From Candidatus Sumerlaeota bacterium (GTDB lineage: Bacteria > Sumerlaeota > Sumerlaeia > JAPLSS01), in NCBI GenBank assembly GCA_026398515.1, contig JAPLSS010000446.1, positions 1 to 40,230 of the forward strand: DNA of 40,230 nucleotides, read 5' to 3'. Each line of letters begins with the position of its first letter. Position 1 is the stretch's first letter. Made by a program: the position numbers and the translations under genes. The notes under the pieces were generated by a model that saw nothing but the letters and a program-made list of their open reading frames with translations, had not been told where the DNA came from and searched no databases. This document shows positions 17,887 through 25,918 of this stretch, piece after piece.

Positions 17887-18621
17887 TTATCGTCGCGGGG
17901 ATTTGGAAATCAGTCTCTGGACTTCTGCGATGTCATCATGGATCGTCTTTTCAGTTGTCTCACATACGATTTCTTGGAGAACGAACGCGATAATCGCTTC
18001 GCGTTCCGCGGCGTCCTTGACATCGGCCACTTGGAGCGCGTCACTCATGGCGAAGTGAACGCAGTTCGCCGGATAAACCGACGTGGCACGGCCTGACGCG
18101 GCCCGTCTCTGGCCAATGGCCAAGATGAATCGTGATTTGAGCGAATGCAAAATCTCATGGCGCGCCTGGTGGGTCTTGAAAATGCCTCGCTCCTCGAATG
18201 CTCTCAGGAGATGGCCATATCGCTCCCCAATGAACACAGCCGCAAGCCGGCGCGTATCGGGGTCGGGAGGAATGCACGCGAGGGAAAGCCATGCGGAATC
18301 TGTATCCGCGTAGCGGGTCTTGTAGTAATCATAAACCGGCTGGAGGAGTTTCATTTCCCGCCGATACCCTTCCACCTGTTCCTTGGACAGGTCGTTGTCC
18401 CTTTTGGCGCCGCGACAGACGGCCAGAAGCATCAGGCAGTGCACCACTTCATCAGATAGGCATGATTTACTCGCTCGCCTCTGGATCTTCGCGCGAATCG
18501 TCGCCAATGCTTCGGCCTGACAATGGCCAGCAAGTCGTTCGGCAAAGAAGCCTTCGGGATGGTCTATCGGTTCTTGTTTAATTGTGATAAGGGTCTTCAC
18601 GGCGCGCCTCCGCTTGCGCAA
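17887..18621 (-). CDS. Hypothetical protein
   Basis: 244-aa ORF, TTG start after GGAG, located between the recombinases and the HTH gene. Confidence 0.65.
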   Translation of the reverse strand: MRKRRRAVKTLITIKQEPIDHPEGFFAERLAGHCQAEALATIRAKIQRRASKSCLSDEVVHCLMLLAVCRGAKRDNDLSKEQVEGYRREMKLLQPVYDYYKTRYADTDSAWLSLACIPPDPDTRRLAAVFIGERYGHLLRAFEERGIFKTHQARHEILHSLKSRFILAIGQRRAASGRATSVYPANCVHFAMSDALQVADVKDAAEREAIIAFVLQEIVCETTEKTIHDDIAEVQRLISKSPRR

Positions 18622-18730
18622 TGTGTTCTCCGCTTTGGGGAAAAGGGGCGTGGCAAGTGCGGAGAGACTCGCCCCGGCGGGTTATAAAGCCGCCGGTCGC
18701 CCCCGATGGTTACACTACCGCTTTCGTGGC

Positions 18731-19801
18731 CTATTGGTCAAGTCCTTTGCCCCTCGCGCCGCCATCAACCCCCGCGTCCAATTTGCCAACGGCGTCCCTC
18801 AATTCCTCCGCGTTCACGCTGACATATATCTGTGTCGTTGCGACGCTTCCATGACCCATCAAAGATCGTATCTCCACAATGTCCACGCCCCGCCGATGCA
18901 ACCCTGTTCCAAAACTATGTCGCAAGGCATGCGGATGGCCCTTGATGGCGGCGATTCCCGCCTTCCTGGCGTGCTTGGCCAGCGCCTTCTCCACCCCCCT
19001 TGGGGAAAGGGTTTTCAGCAAGTAGCTGATGAATAGGCTACCCGTCTTCCCGCCGGGTCGGACTTCTAGGTATTTTTGAAGCGCATCCGACAGCCCCTGA
19101 TTCAACGGGATGGGTCGCTGTTTTCTACCCTTGCCATTTATCAACATCGTGCGATTGACGAAATCCACGTCGTCCACGCCGAGATTGATAAGCTCTTGCA
19201 ACCTCAATCCTCCGAAGGCGAAGGCCGCCAGCATCGCCGCGTCTCTTCGCCCAAGCCACGTTCCCATGTCAGGAATCGAAAGCAACCGATCCAATTCGTC
19301 TTCCGTGAGGTAAACCGGCAGATTGTAGGGTCGTTTTGGATTAGCAAACCCGCGCGCCGGACTGACCGCAAGATGGCCGATGCGGACACCATAGGCGAGG
19401 AAACCTCGAATACTGGATAGGGCGCGGGTTGTGGTGATCGCCCCGCACCCTCGGCGGTGCAGTTTCTCAAGAAACCCCGAAATGGTTTCAGGCCTGATTT
19501 GCTGGACTGTCGGCGCGGGTCCCCCGGATTCTTCCATGAAGGAACGAAATCGGCCCAGATCATAGACATAGGCCGCGATGGTCTTCGGAGACAATCCTTT
19601 GACCGCGGCCAGGTAGCTCTCATATTCGTCAATCGCTTCGGCAAGAGATTTGGGCGGACCCGACTCGACTTCGGCGCCCTTGCCCGCCGCCCGCAGATCC
19701 TCAATGGTTTTGGTCAGGATTTTGATCTGGCGGACGAGCGCCGCCAGCATCGTGTTTTCAGTCTTGCCCTCGCCGGGGCGTTTCGATACGGTTTTCCTCA
19801 C
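18731..19801 (-). CDS. XerC/XerD-like tyrosine recombinase
   Basis: SAM-like N-domain ('KGLSPKTIAAYVYDL') and full catalytic set: 'GLRLQEL' (R), 'GKGRKQR' (K), 'HPHALRHSF', 'LMGH', 'TTQIY'. Confidence 0.92.
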   Translation of the reverse strand: MRKTVSKRPGEGKTENTMLAALVRQIKILTKTIEDLRAAGKGAEVESGPPKSLAEAIDEYESYLAAVKGLSPKTIAAYVYDLGRFRSFMEESGGPAPTVQQIRPETISGFLEKLHRRGCGAITTTRALSSIRGFLAYGVRIGHLAVSPARGFANPKRPYNLPVYLTEDELDRLLSIPDMGTWLGRRDAAMLAAFAFGGLRLQELINLGVDDVDFVNRTMLINGKGRKQRPIPLNQGLSDALQKYLEVRPGGKTGSLFISYLLKTLSPRGVEKALAKHARKAGIAAIKGHPHALRHSFGTGLHRRGVDIVEIRSLMGHGSVATTQIYVSVNAEELRDAVGKLDAGVDGGARGKGLDQ

Positions 19802-19938
19802 GGTCGGACCCTCCTCTTTAGGGTTTGACCCAGGCCCCGTTTGGAGTTCTAGCTCCGTTCGGGGCCGCTTTTCTACCAGCCAAAAGCCGGTAGGGTGTAA
19901 GTGTCAGGCCTCCTCTCTATCGTCGATTGTGGAGGCTC

Positions 19939-21165
19939 TCAGGCCCCTTTTCCCGCCTCTTTCGCCTCTTCCCGCGCGCCCGGCGTGGCGTCCACGATCT
20001 CAGCGCCATCCATTTCCATCATGGCCTTGATGGTCTTCCCTATGAGTTCGGCGGCCGCGTGGAGCGGGTCGTTTTGAAGGTTGGCGTATCGGGCAGTCGT
20101 TTGCGGAACCGTATGGCCCATGAGAGCGCCAATGATCGGCAATCCCAGGCCCAGCCCCGCCGCCGTGCCGCCGTAGACGTGGCGCATATCGTGGATGTTG
20201 AAATCCGCCAGTTTCGCCGCGTCGCAAATCGTCTTCCACGGCTTCGCGGGATTCGTCAACGGCTCCCCCCTCTTCCGGCCTGGAATGACCCAGCCGGACG
20301 GATGGCGTTCGATCCGGTCAAGGACTTCGATGGCCGCTTCGGAGAGTACAACGTCTTTCGGCCCGGTCTTGCTATCCCTGAGATGAAGCGTCTTGTTTGC
20401 CGGGTCGTAATCTTCCCACCGCAGGCCACGGATTTCGCCGCTCCTCATGCCGGTGAACAGCGCCACTCGGAAGAAGTCGATGGACGCCTGGGGGACCAGT
20501 CTCTTTTCTTCATGGTCCTTGAGCGCCCGCGCCAGCCGGATCATCTCCTCGGGGCTGAGGAACCGCCGGCGCGCCGTCTCCCGGAACCGTTTGACGAGCC
20601 GACACGGATTCGAAGCGTCTTTGCGCAGCCCCATGAGCTCGGCCACATTCATCATCTTAGAGAGGCAAGACAAGACACGGTTGGCTGTTATAGGCTTTTC
20701 GGCTATGCTCTCCTGGAGCCGGAGAACGTCGCCCCGGTGAATGGCGTTGACGCGCATCTTCCCCAGCGCCGGCTTGATGTACTTGCTGAGATACCATTCG
20801 TCATCCTTCACGCTCCGGGGCTTCTTGTGGCGCTTGGCGTAATTGTCGATGTAGTGCTGCGCGAATTCCTGAAGGGTCTGGACCTTCCGCGCCTTCTGGC
20901 GTTCGAGGGAAACGTCTTGACCCTGGTCCGCCGCTGAGAGAATCCTCCGCGCCTCCCTCCGCGCCTCTTCCACCGTCATGCGGCCATAGACTCCGACCAG
21001 TGGACGCCGTTGCTGCATTCCAATCCGGTAATAGGCCAGAAACGACCGCTTCCCCTTGGGCGTGACTTTGACCGCGAAGCCCGGCGTCTCGGAATCCCAG
21101 ACGATGATGTCCTTGTCCGCCGGCTTGAGAGAGTCGATCAGGGTCTTCGTGAGTTTCGCTTTCAT
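19939..21165 (-). CDS. Site-specific integrase (tyrosine recombinase with N-terminal arm-binding domain)
   Basis: 'KLTKTLIDSL...WDSETPGFAVKVTPKGKRSF' arm-binding domain; 'TGMRSGE', 'DSKTG', 'HDMRH', 'LMGH', 'TTARY'; adjacent to the right att core. Confidence 0.95.
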   Translation of the reverse strand: MKAKLTKTLIDSLKPADKDIIVWDSETPGFAVKVTPKGKRSFLAYYRIGMQQRRPLVGVYGRMTVEEARREARRILSAADQGQDVSLERQKARKVQTLQEFAQHYIDNYAKRHKKPRSVKDDEWYLSKYIKPALGKMRVNAIHRGDVLRLQESIAEKPITANRVLSCLSKMMNVAELMGLRKDASNPCRLVKRFRETARRRFLSPEEMIRLARALKDHEEKRLVPQASIDFFRVALFTGMRSGEIRGLRWEDYDPANKTLHLRDSKTGPKDVVLSEAAIEVLDRIERHPSGWVIPGRKRGEPLTNPAKPWKTICDAAKLADFNIHDMRHVYGGTAAGLGLGLPIIGALMGHTVPQTTARYANLQNDPLHAAAELIGKTIKAMMEMDGAEIVDATPGAREEAKEAGKGA

Positions 21166-21176
21166 CGCTTGCCCCC

Positions 21177-21200
21177 GCTCTAGGTAGCGTTCAAGTAGCA
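21177..21200 (+). repeat. Integrase arm-type binding repeats (right)
   Basis: GCTCTAGGTAGCGT-TCAAGTAGCA; 14 bp identical to 8484-8497. Confidence 0.75.
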
Positions 21201-21335
21201 GACATTAGCAAACACGCGCAAAGATGTCAAACAAAATCGAAGGCGCGGTCGCTGTGAAGTGCGAAAAAGCCAAGGAAATCGGGCCTTTTCGTGACAACTT
21301 ACAAGGTATGGCAAAACCTAGCAAAGGTAGCGGAA

Positions 21336-21352
21336 TCGGATTTCATATCCGA
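21336..21352 (+). repeat. Right att core TCGGATTTCATATCCGA
   Basis: Identical to 8389-8405. Confidence 0.9.
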
Positions 21353-21373
21353 TTGCCGGAAAGATTCCGGCAA
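21353..21373. repeat. 9-bp perfect inverted repeat next to the right att core
   Basis: TTGCCGGAA-AGA-TTCCGGCAA; function unknown. Confidence 0.6.
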
Positions 21374-21429
21374 AATCCAATGGGCCTCTTCCACAAGGCT
21401 AAGACGCGATGATCCCCCGCCGTGGACCG

Positions 21430-21640
21430 AGCCCAGCCGGGGAATGTGGTGACGCGCCGTGACCGTCCGCGGCGCATGGCCCAGGTATTGCTCAACGACA
21501 TCGGTGAGCAGGCCTTCGCGCGCCTCGAAGGTCGGCAGACAATTGCGCAAGTCCTTCGGCTGCCATTCCAGGCGAGGATTCCAGGCGTCCATCGATTCGC
21601 GCAACAGGACGAGAACACTCGACCAGTCTTTCCGATCGGC
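21430..21640 (-). pseudogene. C-terminal remnant of a tyrosine recombinase
   Basis: 'QPKDLRNCLPTF...VEQYLGHAPRTVTARHHIP' has the xxLR...LGH...Y box spacing, but the expected Tyr reads His (CAC). No intact N-terminus; boundaries approximate. Confidence 0.65.
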
Positions 21641-21781
21641 GAGGACTCCACGATTCAGCGACGACCACCTATTGGACCCGCGGCCCTGCTTTATGCCTGG
21701 ATTTCACGGAGCATTTCACGTTAGATACCGAAACCTTGAAGCTGATCTCAAAGCCCAAACCGCTATGGGAACGGGGGGGCC

Positions 21782-23008
21782 ATGCTCAATCGTTGTGGAC
21801 AGTTGTTGTTGGTCGTCTGCATTACACTACAGTGGGTCTCGATCTCCATCGCCTCAGAGGGAGCGGAATGGCCGGGGTTCCGAGGGCCGAGTCGCGATGG
21901 CAGGAGTTCCGATACGGGACTGCTCAAGGAATGGCCCGCCGGCGGGCCGAAGCTTCTCTGGAAGGCCGCGGACATCGGCAAGGGCTTTTCGAGCGTCGTG
22001 GTCAGCCGCGGGACGGTGTTTTTCACCGGCGACGTGAGCGACACCCTGACGCTTTTCGCCTTCGACCTGGAGGGCAAACCCAGATGGCAAGCGCCGGCTG
22101 GCCTGTCGTGGACCAGCGATCCCGGCGGGGCGCGATCTACGCCAACCGTCGATGGGGACAACGTCTATCTCCTTTCCGGGACGGGCGTCTTCGGCTGCTA
22201 CGATGCCGGGAGCGGCGCTCGCCGGTGGTCCCGGGAGATGAAGGAATTCGGCGGCAAGCCGGGCGGCTGGGGATACGCCGAATCGCCGCTGGCATTCGGC
22301 GACTCGGTGATCGTCAAGCCCGGCGGGGACAAGTGCATTGTCGCGCTCGACAAGACGAACGGACGGGAGGTCTGGGCCACCCAGGGCTACTCCGCCGGTC
22401 CGGAATATAGCTCATGCCTTCTGTTCACTCACGACAACACGCCCATGATCGTCACAGGAACCAAGGCCGGGCTGGTGTGCCTCAACGCCCGGACCGGGGA
22501 GGTCTTATGGTCCAACGACTTCTGCGCGGACAACACGGCCAATTGCCCGACGCCCGCCTATTCGGATGGCTATGTGTTCTGGGCAAACGGCTACGACAAG
22601 GGCGGCATTTGCATGAAACTCGAACCTGGCGGAAAAGCCTCTCCCGTCTGGACCACAAAGGACATGGTCTGTCACCACGGCGGATATATCATAGATTGGG
22701 GCCATATCTACGGCGACAACGGCGGGGGCGTATCGTGCCTGGAACTGAAGACGGGGACGCTGAAATGGAAGGCCCCCGCCATGGGCAAGGGATCGTTGTG
22801 CTGGGCCGACGATATGTTATACCTATTCAGTGAGAATGGCGGCCAGGCGGCCCTCGCGACCTGTTCGCCGAACGGACTGGAGATCAAAGGAAAGGTCAAG
22901 GTCGAAGGCCAGGGTCCCAGTTGGGCGCATCCAGTCGTCGTTGGAGGGAGGTTATATCTCCGATATGACACGAACCTCTACTGCTTCAACGTGAAGGCGG
23001 AATCGTGA
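21782..23008 (+). CDS. Secreted PQQ-like (BamB-like) beta-propeller protein
   Basis: Signal peptide, 'WPGFRGPSRDG', 'GPKLLW', repeated 'ALDKTNGREVW'-type blades, 'WAHPVVVGGRLYLR'. Confidence 0.88.
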   Translation: MLNRCGQLLLVVCITLQWVSISIASEGAEWPGFRGPSRDGRSSDTGLLKEWPAGGPKLLWKAADIGKGFSSVVVSRGTVFFTGDVSDTLTLFAFDLEGKPRWQAPAGLSWTSDPGGARSTPTVDGDNVYLLSGTGVFGCYDAGSGARRWSREMKEFGGKPGGWGYAESPLAFGDSVIVKPGGDKCIVALDKTNGREVWATQGYSAGPEYSSCLLFTHDNTPMIVTGTKAGLVCLNARTGEVLWSNDFCADNTANCPTPAYSDGYVFWANGYDKGGICMKLEPGGKASPVWTTKDMVCHHGGYIIDWGHIYGDNGGGVSCLELKTGTLKWKAPAMGKGSLCWADDMLYLFSENGGQAALATCSPNGLEIKGKVKVEGQGPSWAHPVVVGGRLYLRYDTNLYCFNVKAES

Positions 23009-23017
23009 GAGGGGGAA

Positions 23018-24076
23018 ATGATGAAGGCGCGAAATACTCTTCTATTCCTGGCGCTGACCGCTAGCGTCGCCGTGCAAGCCCAGACCCCGTTTCGAGAGCA
23101 ACTGAATGCCTCGCCCTTCAAGATCTCCTATGAGTGCTATGTTGACAACAACTGGGAGATCTTCGTCGTGAAGGCCGACGGGTCGAACCCCGTGAATCTC
23201 ACGAATACGGCCGATGAGCACGAACACTATCCGCAAGTGTCGCCCGACGGCTCAAAGATCTGCTTCCTGGCGGATCAGGGGGAAGGTCGAGAGGTCATCC
23301 GTAGCCTGTATGTCATGGATGCGGACGGCAAGAACCGGACGAAACTGGCGGCGCGAGCGCGCGAGCCATTCTGGGCCCCGGCTGGCAAGACCATTGGCTA
23401 TCTGCCGCAGGAGTACCCCAAGTTCAGCGTGACCGATTACTATACGGAGGGGATGGCGTTCTATGATCTGACGACCGGCAAGGCAGAACCGCACCCGAAC
23501 AGTGCAAACTTGCATCACTTGTACTGCCCGTCCTATTCCAGGAACGGCAAGTGGATCGTGGCGACCGTGCACGCCGGCATGGGCGTGGATCACGGAACCT
23601 TGCTGATCGAAGCGCACGGCGACAAGGTGATCAACCTGAACATCCCTGGTTGCCGCCCCTGCCTGAGCCCGGACGGCAAACAAATCGCCTGGGGCGCTGG
23701 CGATCACGAGATTGCGGTCGCGCCGATCGACCTGGACGCGGACGAGCCGGCCGTTGGGCCGCGCCGCCTCCGCATCAAGAGCGACAAGGAAACCAAGATC
23801 TATCACGTGGACTGGTCCCCGGACAGCCGGTTTCTCTGCTTCAGCCGCGGGCCCGACGGAAAAGGCGACCCGAGCAAGCCGGGGACTTTTCAGGCGGCGT
23901 GCGAGATCGTGGGTGTATATGCGGCGGGCTGGGATCTCTGCGCCGTTTCCGCGGAACGGGAGGGCGTTTTCGATCTCAACAGCGCCACCGACGCCGATGT
24001 CCTCCCGTTGACTTCGGATGGGCGCAGCAACAAGGAACCTGCGTGGTTTTTGCCCAACGGACCGCCAAAGGAGTAA
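23018..24076 (+). CDS. Secreted TolB-like (PD40) beta-propeller protein
   Basis: 'WEIFVVKADGSNPVNLT', 'PQVSPDGSKICF', 'SPDGKQIAW', 'WSPDSRFL'. Confidence 0.85.
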   Translation: MMKARNTLLFLALTASVAVQAQTPFREQLNASPFKISYECYVDNNWEIFVVKADGSNPVNLTNTADEHEHYPQVSPDGSKICFLADQGEGREVIRSLYVMDADGKNRTKLAARAREPFWAPAGKTIGYLPQEYPKFSVTDYYTEGMAFYDLTTGKAEPHPNSANLHHLYCPSYSRNGKWIVATVHAGMGVDHGTLLIEAHGDKVINLNIPGCRPCLSPDGKQIAWGAGDHEIAVAPIDLDADEPAVGPRRLRIKSDKETKIYHVDWSPDSRFLCFSRGPDGKGDPSKPGTFQAACEIVGVYAAGWDLCAVSAEREGVFDLNSATDADVLPLTSDGRSNKEPAWFLPNGPPKE

Positions 24077-24079
24077 AAA

Positions 24080-24985
24080 ATGCCGCCCATTCGTTATTCT
24101 TTGCTGGCGGCCGCTGTGGCTATAATGGCCTGCAACAAGCCCGGTCAGGATTCGCGGGGAGCGGAGGAGTCCAATTCCGTCCGCGTCACTGAGATTATGA
24201 CCAAGTCGGGCGTCGTCATGGTCTACGTGCCCGGCGGCGAATTCCTGATGGGAGATGAGCACGGCAATCCGGATGAATCTCCGGCCCACAAGATGACGGT
24301 CAGCGGTTTTCTCATGGACAAATTCGAGGCGACGCACGAGATGTTCAAGAAGGCGCAGCTGCCTGACCCCTCGCACTGGCAGGACAACCCGAATCTGCCC
24401 GTCGAGCGCGTGCGCTGGCGCGACGCCAAGCAATACTGCAACGAACGCTCGCTCCAGGAGGGGCTGGCCCCTTGTTACAATGAGAAAACGGCCGATTGGG
24501 ACTGCGACCACTCGGCTAACGGCTATCGCCTGCCCACCGAGGCGGAGTGGGAATACGCCTGCCGGGCGGGAACCGATGGCCCTTACGATTTCGGCGCGCC
24601 GGACCCGCTGCGCCTTTACGCCTGGTTCGCGGACAATGCTGACCAGAAGACGCATCCGGCGGGCCAGAAGAGACCGAACCGCTGGGGATTGCATGACATG
24701 TACGGCAACGTCTCCGAGTGGTGCGAGGATGTCTATGACCCCTCCTACTACAAGGACAGTCCGGCCGTCGACCCGCACGGCCCCCCGAACCCCGGCAAGG
24801 ATGTCCGGCGCGTAATCCGCGGCGGCAGCTGGAAAGCGAGCGCGGACATGTGCCGGGCCACGTTCCGACAGGGAGAACGGACCGGCGATACGGACGCCTG
24901 TTTCCTCACCGACTTCTGCGGTTTTCGCTGCGTTCGGCGAGTCACGATGGAGGAACTCAAGCGCCTCAGGACCGCGGCGAGATAA
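24080..24985 (+). CDS. FGE-sulfatase (SUMF1-fold) domain protein, probable lipoprotein
   Basis: 'GGEFLMG', 'YRLPTEAEWEYACRAG', 'NRWGLHDMYGNVSEW', 'RGGSW', 'GFRC'; lipobox-like 'IMAC'. Confidence 0.9.
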   Translation: MPPIRYSLLAAAVAIMACNKPGQDSRGAEESNSVRVTEIMTKSGVVMVYVPGGEFLMGDEHGNPDESPAHKMTVSGFLMDKFEATHEMFKKAQLPDPSHWQDNPNLPVERVRWRDAKQYCNERSLQEGLAPCYNEKTADWDCDHSANGYRLPTEAEWEYACRAGTDGPYDFGAPDPLRLYAWFADNADQKTHPAGQKRPNRWGLHDMYGNVSEWCEDVYDPSYYKDSPAVDPHGPPNPGKDVRRVIRGGSWKASADMCRATFRQGERTGDTDACFLTDFCGFRCVRRVTMEELKRLRTAAR

Positions 24986-25081
24986 AACACCCAGATTCAA
25001 GTCCTGGGACGTGCCGAGCGCCAGCGAGTCGAGTCTGCTTTCAGCGTTCGAACATCGCCTCTCACAAGGTGATCTGTTCTC

Positions 25082-25918
25082 ATGAATGCCGCAAGACTTC
25101 TACTATGGGCGGCCCTCTTGTCGCTCCCCTCCATCCTTCCGGGCGCCGCGCCGAAGGCCGGCCGGATCGTCTTTTCCAGCAACAGATCGGGCGCCTGGCG
25201 CATCTGGGAGGTCAAGGCCGATGGGTCGGACCTAAAACAGATCATCAAACAGGACGGCGACGAGAGCGACGTCGACCCGATGTTCAGCCCCGACGGGAAG
25301 TCCATTTTGTTCAGTTCCACCCGCGGCGGGTCGACGGGCGTTTGGCGGATGGCGACGGATGGCTCCACGTCCGAGAGGATCTGCGACGGGGACCAAGCCG
25401 AATGGTCGCCGGACGGCTCCAGGATCGCGTTTCGCCGCAACGAGCGCGTTTTCACTCGTGATCTCAACGGCGGCCAGGAGAAGTCCGTCAGCCCCGAGGA
25501 TTGGCCGCATTGTTCGGGGCCGGCCTGGAGTCCGGACGGCAAATCCATCGCCTTCGCCGCGCGGTGGGAAGGCGGCAACGGGATCTACGTGGCGCCAGCA
25601 GAAGGCGGCAAGCCTGCCAAGGTCTATGATCAGGAGGGCGCTTGCGAACCCCATTGGTCCCCGGATGGGGCGCGCATCGTGTATGAGACAGAGACTCACA
25701 TTTGCACGATCAATCCGGATGGGACGAAGAATCGTCTCGTCACCTATTTCGGAGGCGTGCAGCGCTATGCCCGCTACAGCCCCGACGGGACGATGCTCGT
25801 TTTCTGTCAGGGCGTCTCGGAGCAAGGCCCCTGGGATATTTATGTCATTCCCGCAGCCGGCGGCACGCCGGAGAAACTCGTGGTAGGCAATTCGAATATG
25901 TATCCTCATTGGAGATGA
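25082..25918 (+). CDS. Secreted TolB-like (PD40) beta-propeller protein
   Basis: Signal peptide, 'IVFSSNRSG', five '(F/W/Y)SPDG' repeats. Confidence 0.88.
   Translation: MNAARLLLWAALLSLPSILPGAAPKAGRIVFSSNRSGAWRIWEVKADGSDLKQIIKQDGDESDVDPMFSPDGKSILFSSTRGGSTGVWRMATDGSTSERICDGDQAEWSPDGSRIAFRRNERVFTRDLNGGQEKSVSPEDWPHCSGPAWSPDGKSIAFAARWEGGNGIYVAPAEGGKPAKVYDQEGACEPHWSPDGARIVYETETHICTINPDGTKNRLVTYFGGVQRYARYSPDGTMLVFCQGVSEQGPWDIYVIPAAGGTPEKLVVGNSNMYPHWR

Larger units (their letters stand above)
8389..21352. mobile_element. Integrated phage-satellite-like (PICI-like) element, ~12.9 kb
   Basis: Exact 17-bp direct repeat at both ends, arm-type repeats inside both ends, integrase next to the right end, HTH + Prim-Pol/helicase + ori-like repeats, nearly all genes on one strand, and visibly more AT-rich stretches than the flanks. 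Confidence 0.9.

Noticed and set aside
8389-21352. Complete prophage or conjugative element
   Set aside because: No terminase, portal, capsid, tail, lysis, relaxase or type IV secretion genes recognised, and the element is only ~13 kb.
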